Shown here piece by piece: positions 8,079-16,749 of a stretch of 64,000 nt of DNA. The stretch is from contig CAYNHQ010000004.1 of NCBI GenBank assembly GCA_964397255.1, forward strand, positions 186,480-250,479, read 5' to 3'. Made by a program: the position numbers and the translations under genes. The stretch's first letter is position 1, and each line of letters begins with the position of its first letter. This stretch comes from an uncultured bacterium. GTDB lineage: Bacteria > Bdellovibrionota_G > JALEGL01 > DATDPG01. Below the pieces are notes generated by a model. It worked only from the letters and a program-made list of their open reading frames with translations. It did no database searches and was not told where the DNA came from.

Positions 8079-8352
8079 CCCGACTTCATTTGGATCATTA
8101 AGAAGAACAATTGACCAGCGGGCTAGTCGATAGCGAGGTTAACTTGCCCATACTTCGTCTTTTTGGGATTCACACGAGGGATACCATTTGGTTCGCGGTA
8201 ACCCTTTCCCGTGTCTTGGGTAATTTTGGGTAACAGGCCGACTGATACGGAGTGAAATGGGTGCTACTCAGTGATACTGCAGGTTTTGTTATCTGCTTGA
8301 TGTTATTGTTTTTGCCTTACGATCCGAACCGTTGCGCGCCCGCCCCTGCAGG

Positions 8353-8372
8353 CCCTGCGCCGCCACCAAATG
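8353..8372 (+). repeat. attR core: second copy of the 20-bp tRNA 3'-end sequence
   Basis: Exact match to 452-471. Confidence 0.75.
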
Positions 8373-8375
8373 ATT

Positions 8376-8420
8376 TCCGAATACGGTATTCGGAATACAG
8401 AATTCAGTATTCTAAAAAAT
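8376..8420 (+). promoter_or_regulatory. Cluster of GAATAC/GTATTC half-sites including the perfect palindrome ccgaatac-g-gtattcgg; candidate operator/promoter upstream of the 8440 gene
   Basis: Sequence ttccgaatacggtattcggaatacagaattcagtattct...gagtattct. Lies immediately outside attR and 20-60 nt upstream of the start codon. Confidence 0.4.
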
Positions 8421-8439
8421 CGAGTATTCTGCCCCGTTC

Positions 8440-10032
8440 ATGTCGACCGAAATCCAGTCCGTAGGGAACCTCTCAGACACCCCCCTCCTTCAATTATTTC
8501 GATGGGTTACCGAGAACCACTATAGCGGGGTCATGATTCTTGCCCACGACGAAGTGAAGAAATCGATCATTTTTGAAAAGGGCCAGATCATCTCCGCTCG
8601 TTCCAACATTATGTCGGAGTGTCTTGGGCAGCTCCTGCTCGCTCAAGGGAAGATTACTCAAGCTCAGCTCACTCAATCGCTGACCAAAACCGATGCACAG
8701 GAATCCATGCGACATGGAGAGGTGTTGATTGCGATGGGACTAATCGACCATGCCCTTCTAAATGATTTTCTTCGAAGACAAGTGGAAGTACGAATCGAAG
8801 AAATTTTTTCCTGGAAAGAAGGGAAATACGGCTTTGTTGAGAAAATTCCGGAGGATGCGGCCCGCGTAAAAATCGAAGGCACACTTCTTGAGATCGCTCT
8901 TAGGGGTCTAATTCGGCGATATTTGAAACAAGAAGATACGAAAGCGCTGAGTCTTGATTTAAAGCCAATTTCGATTGGAGGACATGGTATTGAAATTGAG
9001 CAACTGAAATTAGTGGGTCGAGAGATGAGTCTGTTGAGAGCTGTTTCTGGTGTGTCGACAATGAAAGATATTATTACGAAGTCACGAATGGATGAGCCCA
9101 TGGCACGCGCAATGTTTCTGGCATTTCGCGACTTCGGAATGATTCGAATCGGCGACACCGCTCCGCAAACTTCTCCCAGCACCCGATCTACCCCTCCGCC
9201 CCCACGCGAATCTTCAAAGCCGGCCCCTGCGCCATCATCTGCCACCGCATCGAAGCCGAGTACTCCGGCTCCGCAGACCCCGGCCACCAAAGGATTTAAC
9301 CCGGAGGAAATAGCCGATCGACTGGCCGCCGCGCAAACGCAAACCCTTTTCGATCTCTTAGGGGTTCCGCGACAGGCGACAACCGACGATATCAAGAAAG
9401 CCTATTTCGATCTTGCCAGGAAGTACCACCCCGATCGCTTGCCACCGAACATGTCCCCCGAAGATCGAAAAAATGCGGAAGCTCTATTTGCTCGAATTAC
9501 CGAAGCACAGACCAGGCTTACCAATCCTTCTTCGCGAAAAGAATATGAGGCCTCACTTGAATTGGAGGCGAGCGGGGTCGGGTCGGGACAAGTGAATGCG
9601 GTCCTGGAATCGGAGGCGGAGTTCCAGAAAGGGACGGCTCTTTTGCGGAAGGGGGATTTCAAAGGAGCTATGGAGGCTTATCAAAAAGCAATATCGCTTT
9701 ACGAAAAAGAACCCGAATATTTTTCACAGCTGGGTTGGGCGATGTTTCGTCAGTCGGCGAAGACGAAAAATGCCGCGGAACATGCGAAAGCAAAACGGGC
9801 GGTGGAGACGTCGATCAAGATGAATCCGAATTTGGCGCAATCGTATTACTACCTGGGCATGATCACGAAGACCGACGGCGATCTCGAAATGGCCAAGAAA
9901 CTGTTCAATAAAGCGGTAGAAATGAATCCAAAAAATGCGGAAGCGACTTCCGAACTCCGACTCATCAATTCGCGTCTGGAGAAGGAACATAAGGGAGGAC
10001 TTAAAGGGCTCTTTAAGAAAAAGGAAGCATGA
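8440..10032 (+). CDS. DUF4388-like N-terminal domain / J-domain (DnaJ) / TPR-repeat protein
   Basis: J-domain YFDLARKYHPDRLP (HPD motif). Pro/Ser-rich linker. C-terminal TPR-like repeats (AMEAYQKAISLYEKEPEYFSQLGWA..., AQSYYYLGMITKTDGDLEMAKKLFNKAVEMNP). N-terminus resembles the DUF4388/PATAN fold (from memory). Confidence 0.65.
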   Translation: MSTEIQSVGNLSDTPLLQLFRWVTENHYSGVMILAHDEVKKSIIFEKGQIISARSNIMSECLGQLLLAQGKITQAQLTQSLTKTDAQESMRHGEVLIAMGLIDHALLNDFLRRQVEVRIEEIFSWKEGKYGFVEKIPEDAARVKIEGTLLEIALRGLIRRYLKQEDTKALSLDLKPISIGGHGIEIEQLKLVGREMSLLRAVSGVSTMKDIITKSRMDEPMARAMFLAFRDFGMIRIGDTAPQTSPSTRSTPPPPRESSKPAPAPSSATASKPSTPAPQTPATKGFNPEEIADRLAAAQTQTLFDLLGVPRQATTDDIKKAYFDLARKYHPDRLPPNMSPEDRKNAEALFARITEAQTRLTNPSSRKEYEASLELEASGVGSGQVNAVLESEAEFQKGTALLRKGDFKGAMEAYQKAISLYEKEPEYFSQLGWAMFRQSAKTKNAAEHAKAKRAVETSIKMNPNLAQSYYYLGMITKTDGDLEMAKKLFNKAVEMNPKNAEATSELRLINSRLEKEHKGGLKGLFKKKEA

Positions 10033-10517
10033 ACGGCCCGCCCTCACTTCTGTTTGAACTTCATATCGCTATACTCGTGGTCGGAGTTCTCTTATTTCTG
10101 TTTGCGTCTCTCTCTTCGCTGATTTATTTGTTGGCGCAACGCCAACTGAAAAGTCGGAAGTTAGAGCCTTGGTTTCGCCGGCTTCCGCCGCTCGAGACCA
10201 TGGACCGTTGGACCGTGCGCGCTCTCATTCTGGGATTTGTTTCGTTGACCATCGGCATTGTCTCGGGAATTTATCTCGCCCATTTGGTGTGGCCCGCGGC
10301 CTGGATCCATGACCCCAAAGTGATTTGTGCGGTGGCCACGTGGGGATGGAATGTCTTGATTCTAATCGTTCGGTATCGACGCGGCTGGCGAGGGGCCAAG
10401 TTTTTTGCGCTCATTCTCGTTGGCTTTTTGTTTCTTTTGCTGACGTTTTTAGGAGTTTTCTTTGTGTTCCCCGCAGAACCTCATCGGATAGCCTCTGTAT
10501 GGATCTCGTTGTATTAG
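10029..10517 (+). CDS. hemX: Small polytopic membrane protein, HemX/CcsA (cytochrome c assembly family)-like, upstream of hemA
   Basis: Four predicted TM helices. W-rich segment WPAAWIHDPKV...ATWGWNVLILIV. Position upstream of hemA, ATGA-coupled to the preceding gene. Shorter than the canonical HemX. Confidence 0.35.
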   Translation: MNGPPSLLFELHIAILVVGVLLFLFASLSSLIYLLAQRQLKSRKLEPWFRRLPPLETMDRWTVRALILGFVSLTIGIVSGIYLAHLVWPAAWIHDPKVICAVATWGWNVLILIVRYRRGWRGAKFFALILVGFLFLLLTFLGVFFVFPAEPHRIASVWISLY

Positions 10518-11782
10518 GCGTGAATCACCGGACGGCGCCGCTGGAGGTTCGCGAGCGGCTCGATTTTTCGAAATATCCGCGCGAGGATTATCTTTCAAAA
10601 CTGGCCGGACAAAGCTCCGTCCGTTCCGGAATGGTTCTTTCGACGTGTAATCGCGTGGAAGTCTACGCCATGGGGAACAACGCCGAACGACTCCTGACGG
10701 ATGCAGACGAATTTCTTCGTATCTTTCATGGTCTAAGAAAAGGCGAAATTGAATCTTTTCTTTACAGCAAATCCAACATGGATGCCGTACGGCATCTCTT
10801 CCGAGTGGCCGCGAGCCTGGATTCGATGATTGTGGGCGAACCTCAAATCCTGGGCCAAGTGAAAGAAGCCTATTTTGCTTCCAGTGCCGCCTCTTTGGTG
10901 GATCCTATTTTTGATCGGCTTCTTCGGAAGACCTTTTCAGTGGCGAAGCGAGTTCGCAATGAAACCAATATCGCAGAACAGGCCGTGTCGATTAGTTACG
11001 CGGCCGTGGAGTTGGCTACCCACATATTTGGAAGGCTTGAAGGGAAGAAGGTGATGATTTTAGGGGGCGGGGAGATGGCTGAACTCGCTGCCCGTCATTT
11101 TTCAAAAGAAAACGTGGGCAAAATATACTTTGCAAACCGGACCTACGAATCGTCGGTCGAGCTTGCGAAAGAATTTAATGGGATCCCCATTCCGATCGAT
11201 CAATTTTCAAAAGACATTTTTGAAGTGGATATTCTTCTCGTTTCCACGGCCGCTCCTCACTATATGGTTCACGTAGGAGAAGTCGCCCGGGCGCTGGAAA
11301 TGCGGAAACAGGAACCAATGTTTTTCATCGATATCTCCGTGCCCCGGAATGTGGATCCGGCCATTAACGCCCTCGAAAATGTTTATTTGTACAATATTGA
11401 TGACCTTCAAAATGTAGTGGCCAACCATAAGGAAGCTCGCGCCCAGGAAGCGGAAAAGGCGGAAGCAATTATCGAACTGGAGATCAAACGTTTCTATGAG
11501 GCGATAGAGAGAATGAAAGTAGGCCCGATGATCGAGTCGCTGCAGGAAAAAGCCGAAACCGCCCGGCAAATGGAACTCTCCCGGCTTTCGAAACGACTTA
11601 AAAATGTGACGGCGGAGGAGATGGCCGAAATAGAGCGCGCGACCGAGTCCCTCGTTCGAAAAATTCTTCACGACCCGATCCAATTTTTGAAAGAAGACCC
11701 CAACGAAATGTCGCAGGCCGAGCGGACGGTCCTTTTTCAATCGATTTTCGGTCTTCGAAAAGAAAGCGAAGGGGAAGAGTGA
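10499..11782 (+). CDS. hemA: Glutamyl-tRNA reductase
   Basis: MDLVVLGVNHRTAPLEVRERL...LSTCNRVEVYA... with NAD-binding MILGGGEMAELAARHF. Start moved to the internal ATG at 10499; the track ORF from 10325 carries an implausible N-terminal extension overlapping hemX. Confidence 0.9.
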   Translation: MDLVVLGVNHRTAPLEVRERLDFSKYPREDYLSKLAGQSSVRSGMVLSTCNRVEVYAMGNNAERLLTDADEFLRIFHGLRKGEIESFLYSKSNMDAVRHLFRVAASLDSMIVGEPQILGQVKEAYFASSAASLVDPIFDRLLRKTFSVAKRVRNETNIAEQAVSISYAAVELATHIFGRLEGKKVMILGGGEMAELAARHFSKENVGKIYFANRTYESSVELAKEFNGIPIPIDQFSKDIFEVDILLVSTAAPHYMVHVGEVARALEMRKQEPMFFIDISVPRNVDPAINALENVYLYNIDDLQNVVANHKEARAQEAEKAEAIIELEIKRFYEAIERMKVGPMIESLQEKAETARQMELSRLSKRLKNVTAEEMAEIERATESLVRKILHDPIQFLKEDPNEMSQAERTVLFQSIFGLRKESEGEE

Positions 11783-12708
11783 AGCTCCGTGTGGGAACGC
11801 GGGGAAGCTCTCTCGCTCTCGCGCAAAGCAAGCTTCTTCAGACGCAACTGGCCCAACAAAATCCGAATCTGAAATTCGAAACGAAAGTCATAAAAACCAC
11901 CGGCGATGAAGCAATTAATCGCCCATTTTCCGCCATCGGCGGGCGCGGAGTGTTTACGCGTGAACTGGACGAGGCGCTCTCCAAGAATGAAATTGATTTT
12001 GCGGTTCATAGTTTGAAGGATCTCACGTCCGAATTTATTCCGGGGGTGATGTTGGGCGCGGTCACCGCTCCAGCGGATCCTCGCGATGTCGTGGTCTCCC
12101 GTAGCGGGCAGCCTCTGGGTGAACTTTCGAAAGGCGCTGTGGTTGGAACCGCAAGCCTGCGGCGCACGGCGCTTCTCAAATCCAAATATCCTCATCTCAA
12201 GATCGAAATGCTCCGAGGCAATATCGATACGCGTCTTCGTAAAGTGGCGGAGGGAACCTACGACGCGATCGTGATCGCGGCGGCGGGGCTCATTCGTCTC
12301 GGCTGGGAATCCAAAATCACCGAGTTTCTCGATCCCAAAGAATTTGTCCCCGCGATTGGACAGGGAAGACTGGCTTTGACCTGCCGAACGTCGGACATGG
12401 CTACCCGTCGAGTGATTGAGACGGTCGATGATTCCGCGAGCCATCGCCTCGCCCGAATGGAGCGAATCTTGATGCAAAGGCTCGAGGGAGGATGTCTCGT
12501 CCCCATCGGTTGTTACGGGGAAGAGAGGGAGGGAAGGGTGATCCTCTATGGGTATCTTGGAATGCCGGATGGGAAAAGGGAGATTCGCCGGACCGTCGAA
12601 GGACGGGTAACCGACGCCGAAAAACTGGCGGAAGATTTGGCAGCTCAGATGCTCCAGGGTGGCGGCAAAGAAATGCTGGAGGAACTTCGCCCGGGAGTGA
12701 CGAAATGA
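11779..12708 (+). CDS. hemC: Porphobilinogen deaminase (hydroxymethylbilane synthase)
   Basis: MKLRVGTRGSSLALAQS...FAVHSLKD... dipyrromethane cofactor region. ATGA overlap with hemA. Confidence 0.9.
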   Translation: MKLRVGTRGSSLALAQSKLLQTQLAQQNPNLKFETKVIKTTGDEAINRPFSAIGGRGVFTRELDEALSKNEIDFAVHSLKDLTSEFIPGVMLGAVTAPADPRDVVVSRSGQPLGELSKGAVVGTASLRRTALLKSKYPHLKIEMLRGNIDTRLRKVAEGTYDAIVIAAAGLIRLGWESKITEFLDPKEFVPAIGQGRLALTCRTSDMATRRVIETVDDSASHRLARMERILMQRLEGGCLVPIGCYGEEREGRVILYGYLGMPDGKREIRRTVEGRVTDAEKLAEDLAAQMLQGGGKEMLEELRPGVTK

Positions 12709-13493
12709 AGCGAGCTCTCGATGGAAAGAGGGTGGTACTGACTCGTCCACGAGATGCCGGAGATGTTTGGAGAAAAGCGTTTGAGCAACATGGAGCGGAG
12801 GTGATTACGATTCCAGTCACGGAGTTCGCACCTCCCAGTTCCTGGGAAGAAGCTGATCGGGCGATTGAAGAATTGACGAGCTTTCGATGGGCCGTCTTTA
12901 CCAGTCAGGAAGCGGTTCGGCGATTGTTCGGTCGACTGCGGGAAAAAGGGAAGCCTTGGCCTATGCGAATGCGAGTGGCCGCAGTCGGTGAAAAAACGGC
13001 GGCCGAGCTAACTTCGGCCGGCTATCGTCCGGAAGTTATTCCCGAAAGCGCCAATGGGAGCGAAGCTCTCGCGAAAACCATTTTGAATCGCGGGCCGATC
13101 AACGGCGTTGCCATTTTGTTTCCCCGTGCCGAAGAGGGCAGCGAGACATTGATCGATGAACTCAAACGATTCGGGGCTACGGTGGTGATGGTCCCGGTAT
13201 ACAGAACTGAAACCAACGCCAAATCAGGTCAGGCGGTTCGGAATCTCCTCCGCCAAAATATCCATTGGGTCACTTTTGCCTCCGGTTCAGCGGTTCGTGC
13301 TTTCTTTTCCCTCGGGGGGAAAGGTGCTGTACTTTCTTGGATTCACGAAAAGGGTATAAGGATCGCGGTGCTGGGTGCAACGGCTGCCGAGGCTCTTTCC
13401 AAGCAGGGGGGAGCGTGTACCGTACGTGCATCACACCCCACCGTGGAGGCGTTGGTGGAAACCGTCGTGAACTATGAAAGTGAGACAGGATGA
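12705..13493 (+). CDS. hemD: Uroporphyrinogen-III synthase
   Basis: HEM4-like. Start at the internal ATG (MKRALDGKRVVLTRPRD) overlapping the hemC stop as ATGA. The track ORF from 12492 has a spurious R/G-rich extension. Confidence 0.8.
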   Translation: MKRALDGKRVVLTRPRDAGDVWRKAFEQHGAEVITIPVTEFAPPSSWEEADRAIEELTSFRWAVFTSQEAVRRLFGRLREKGKPWPMRMRVAAVGEKTAAELTSAGYRPEVIPESANGSEALAKTILNRGPINGVAILFPRAEEGSETLIDELKRFGATVVMVPVYRTETNAKSGQAVRNLLRQNIHWVTFASGSAVRAFFSLGGKGAVLSWIHEKGIRIAVLGATAAEALSKQGGACTVRASHPTVEALVETVVNYESETG

Positions 13494-14458
13494 CGAAGAA
13501 AACTTTTTATCGGGGTCGTAGGCTTCGCCGAAATGAAGAGGCCAGGAATTTTTCGCGTGAAACGTGGGTGACTCCTTCGGATCTTATATCGCCTATTTTT
13601 GTGACCGAAGGAAAAGGAGTTCGGCAGGCCATCGATTCGATGCCGGAGATTGAGCGTTACTCGGTCGATCAACTCGATAGCGAATTGGAAGCGGTTTTCG
13701 CTGCGAAAATTATGTCGGTTCTTCTCTTTGGCGTTCCAAAAGACAAGGATGCAAAGGCCTCTGGCGGTTGGAAGGAGAGCGGAGTGGTTCAAGAGGCAAT
13801 TGCGCGAATCAAGAAGATGGCGCCCGCGATGAACGTAATTACCGATGTTTGCCTATGCGCGTATACCGATCATGGACATTGCGGACATCTCAAGAATGGA
13901 ATCGTGGACAATGACTCTTCGCTTGAGACTCTGGCCCAAATAGCGCTCTCACATGCCAGAGCGGGCGCTGATTTTGTCGCACCTTCCGACATGATGGATG
14001 GGCGTGTTGCCGCGATTCGGGAGAAACTGGATGAGAATGGTTTTCAAAATCTTCCCATTCTTTCTTATTCAGCGAAATACGCCTCGGCCTTTTATGGACC
14101 TTTCCGCGAGGCGGCAAAATCGGGTGCTAAGGAGGGAGACCGGAAGAGCTACCAGATGGATCCTCCCAATGTCCGCCAGGCTATGCGTGAAATTGCGGCG
14201 GATATAGATGAAGGAGCGGATATGGTAATGGTAAAGCCGGCACTGGCCTATCTGGATGTCATTCGTGTCGCTCGCCAGCGTTTCGACACGCCGATCGTGG
14301 CTTACAATGTGAGCGGCGAGTATTCGATGGTGAAAGCCGCCGCGGAGCGGGGCTGGCTGGATGAAAAATCCGTCGTTCGTGAAATTTTAACAGCCATCAA
14401 ACGCGCCGGTGCCGATCGAATCGTTACTTACCACGCCAAAGACTTTGTCCGCGCGTAA
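13490..14458 (+). CDS. hemB: Porphobilinogen synthase (delta-aminolevulinic acid dehydratase)
   Basis: ALAD signature ...VMVKPALAYLDVI...SGEYSM.... ATGA overlap with hemD. Confidence 0.9.
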   Translation: MTKKTFYRGRRLRRNEEARNFSRETWVTPSDLISPIFVTEGKGVRQAIDSMPEIERYSVDQLDSELEAVFAAKIMSVLLFGVPKDKDAKASGGWKESGVVQEAIARIKKMAPAMNVITDVCLCAYTDHGHCGHLKNGIVDNDSSLETLAQIALSHARAGADFVAPSDMMDGRVAAIREKLDENGFQNLPILSYSAKYASAFYGPFREAAKSGAKEGDRKSYQMDPPNVRQAMREIAADIDEGADMVMVKPALAYLDVIRVARQRFDTPIVAYNVSGEYSMVKAAAERGWLDEKSVVREILTAIKRAGADRIVTYHAKDFVRA

Positions 14459-14520
14459 CGCCGCCGCGCGTAGTTGAGGTCATATTCATTCTTGATATGA
14501 TCCCGCGCGAAGGAGGAATC

Positions 14521-14907
14521 GTGCGTATTTATATTCAAATTGGTTTGGTAGTGGTGTTTTGTTTCAGCGTGGTATCCGCATTTGCTGCGAACTGTTATCG
14601 CGGCAGTCAAGGGACCTTGGTTGAAACCGTTGTTGTTCGCGATCCGATGGGCAATCTTTGGACGCTGGACAAAGGAACACAGGTAAGGGTGGTCGATGGC
14701 GAAGTGAGCATGAGAGATCCGCACTCGGGTGTTGAGCTCTACGCTTGGCTTGAATTGGCAGCTCAAACCCCGGCCACGCCTAAGGAAGTTCGTGATTCCA
14801 AAGGGACTTTGGTGGCCTGCGCAGTTGAACCGGGTCGGATCATTTCTGGACGAACTATTGACGAAGCACTTGGCACAAAATACGTGATCAATTGCTATCC
14901 TAACTAA
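14521..14907 (+). CDS. Hypothetical secreted protein
   Basis: GTG start preceded by RBS gaaggagga. Signal peptide VRIYIQIGLVVVFCFSVVSAFA. Confidence 0.4.
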   Translation: MRIYIQIGLVVVFCFSVVSAFAANCYRGSQGTLVETVVVRDPMGNLWTLDKGTQVRVVDGEVSMRDPHSGVELYAWLELAAQTPATPKEVRDSKGTLVACAVEPGRIISGRTIDEALGTKYVINCYPN

Positions 14908-16132
14908 GGGAATGAAAGACAAAGCCGGTCATGACTTTGGGGTAAAAGAAAGTTGATTTTTGGGGAAGAACCTCACCCCGTTTTGCCATTTCGATGACTT
15001 GTTCCACTCGCAGCGGCTTTAGCCAAAAGCCGATGCGATGGGGACTTTTCGTGAGTTCCACCACTTCATTCGCCGATTTTACAAATTGGATCTTGCGCTG
15101 ATCTTCCGGGTGCTGGAGGTCAAGACCAAAAATGGGTTTCATGATTTCGTGATTGAGAATTTCTGTCGGCAACATCGAAGATGGTTGTTTGGGCGTCAGT
15201 AGGGTCATCGTTGACTGACGGCCATCAATCCAGGCTATCGGAGCGTTCGCCATCGTGAAATGCTTTTCCTCGAGGGGCAATTCGTTCAAATGAAAATGAG
15301 GCAGCAACTTTTTGTCCAACTCCTCTTTGGAAAATGTCGTCGAGAGTACACGATGAATCGCGCCCAGGACCAAACCCGGATCGGGAGCCGTGGCCAAATA
15401 GGTGAGCATGAAACGGGATTCAGGCAGGCGATGGCCCTCCTTCTCCGCGAAATGAAGCGCGGTGGCGTAGCGATGATGACCGTCGGCGATCAAAAAGGGG
15501 ACATCTTTCAAGATTCGCTGAATTTCAGCCGTCATCAGTGGAGAGGAAATTCTCCAAAAGCGGTGTTCGATTTTTTCATCACGGTTCGCAAATTGAACGA
15601 GTGGTGGAAAAGAGGTGGTTCGGTCTAAGAGGGCCGACATCGAATGAGAGGGATCTTCGGCGATTAAATAAATGGGGCTTAAGTGGGTTTGAGTCTCCGT
15701 TAAAAGTTTGAGGCGATCTTCAATCGGTCCTGCAAGTGTTCGCTCATGTGGGAGAATGTTTCCTCTTCCCAACGTTTCCAATTCGACAAGGCCGATGATC
15801 CCGCGGCGTTGAAGTCGAGTCCCCTTCCACTCAAAGCTGTCCTCTACGACATAAGAGGATGGTTCTTTCTCCTGCTCGAGAGTGCCGTCTTTTTTCCACG
15901 CTGCTAGCGTCTCTGCGGCTTTACGGTAACGGGAAACATCTTCTTGTTCGGCCTTTGTCAATGTAAAGGGATCGCCCAAAATCAGGCGTATTACATTTTG
16001 GGGGTGTCGCACATGGAGTGCCTCACACTGCGATCGCGAAATGACATCATACGGGGGCGCTATGACGGCAGAGAAGTCGGATAGTTTGGAAAGATCATAG
16101 CGGAGACCTCGGAAAGGAAGGAATCGGGCCAC
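14900..16132 (-). CDS. DUF1015 family protein
   Basis: Conserved ADGHHR motif (FLIADGHHRYATA), recalled from memory as the DUF1015 signature. Confidence 0.65.
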   Translation of the reverse strand: MARFLPFRGLRYDLSKLSDFSAVIAPPYDVISRSQCEALHVRHPQNVIRLILGDPFTLTKAEQEDVSRYRKAAETLAAWKKDGTLEQEKEPSSYVVEDSFEWKGTRLQRRGIIGLVELETLGRGNILPHERTLAGPIEDRLKLLTETQTHLSPIYLIAEDPSHSMSALLDRTTSFPPLVQFANRDEKIEHRFWRISSPLMTAEIQRILKDVPFLIADGHHRYATALHFAEKEGHRLPESRFMLTYLATAPDPGLVLGAIHRVLSTTFSKEELDKKLLPHFHLNELPLEEKHFTMANAPIAWIDGRQSTMTLLTPKQPSSMLPTEILNHEIMKPIFGLDLQHPEDQRKIQFVKSANEVVELTKSPHRIGFWLKPLRVEQVIEMAKRGEVLPQKSTFFYPKVMTGFVFHSLS

Positions 16133-16749
16133 TACTTCTTCTTCTCTAAAGCTCCTACGATCACATCCCAGGGGATCGCGCCTTCACGAAGGAGCTCAGG
16201 CGGGCGCTTCGTACAGTCGATGACCGTGGAGGGGGGTAGGCCTGTCGCCGGCCCCGCATCCAGAACCATAAGATCCGGGTGATGAAACATTTTTCTCACT
16301 TCTTCGGGTGTGGCCGCAGGAATTTTTCCCGAAGGATTCGCACTTGTCGTCGTCATCGGTTTGCCGAATTGTTCCGCGAGAGCTTTGGCGACAGGATGGT
16401 CGCTCACGCGGAATCCAACCCCTCCGCTCGGACCGCGAAGATCCTCCGAAAATCGAGAGGCGGGAACAATGAGGGTCAGAGCTCCGGGCCAGAATTTTTT
16501 AGCCAGCAGTTTCGCCTCAGGAGAAACTTCGTCGGCATATTCGGGAAAGAGGGCGGGTGTGGGGAGGAGAAGAGGGAAGGGCTTGCCTTCGGGACGACCT
16601 TTTAATTCCCGAAGACGTGCAAGGGCCTTGGGGTCAAGAGCATTCACACCCAGGCCGTAGACCGTTTCGGTGGGATACGCGACCATTTTTCCCGATCGGA
16701 GCCATTGAATCGTCGCCGCAAGATCTGGAGATTTCAGAGAGCTCGCCAA
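16132..16749 (-). CDS. tsaC: L-threonylcarbamoyladenylate synthase (Sua5/YciO/YrdC family)
   Basis: YPTETVYGLGVNALDPKALARLRELKGR...PLLLP... is a YrdC-domain signature. Confidence 0.8.
   Translation of the reverse strand: MASSLKSPDLAATIQWLRSGKMVAYPTETVYGLGVNALDPKALARLRELKGRPEGKPFPLLLPTPALFPEYADEVSPEAKLLAKKFWPGALTLIVPASRFSEDLRGPSGGVGFRVSDHPVAKALAEQFGKPMTTTSANPSGKIPAATPEEVRKMFHHPDLMVLDAGPATGLPPSTVIDCTKRPPELLREGAIPWDVIVGALEKKK

Larger units (their letters stand above)
391..8372. mobile_element. Integrative mobilizable element (genomic island) inserted at the tRNA-Met 3' end
   Basis: The tRNA, tyrosine integrase, excisionase, MobA relaxase, MobC and cargo genes are bounded by a 20-bp direct repeat of the tRNA 3' end (452-471 / 8353-8372). 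There is an AT-rich stretch at 6244-6495. Confidence 0.7.

Noticed and set aside
8252-8464. 70-aa ORF spanning attR and the palindromic operator region
   Set aside because: It crosses the island boundary and regulatory repeats and encodes a low-complexity Pro-rich peptide. Treated as non-coding.
10325-10498. N-terminal 58-aa extension of hemA in the ORF track
   Set aside because: It overlaps hemX in another frame and does not look like a protein (Cys/Arg-rich). Canonical HemA begins at MDLVVLGVNHRT.
12492-12704. N-terminal 71-aa extension of hemD
   Set aside because: R/G-rich, overlaps the hemC 3' end. HemD begins at the ATGA-coupled Met (MKRALDGK...).
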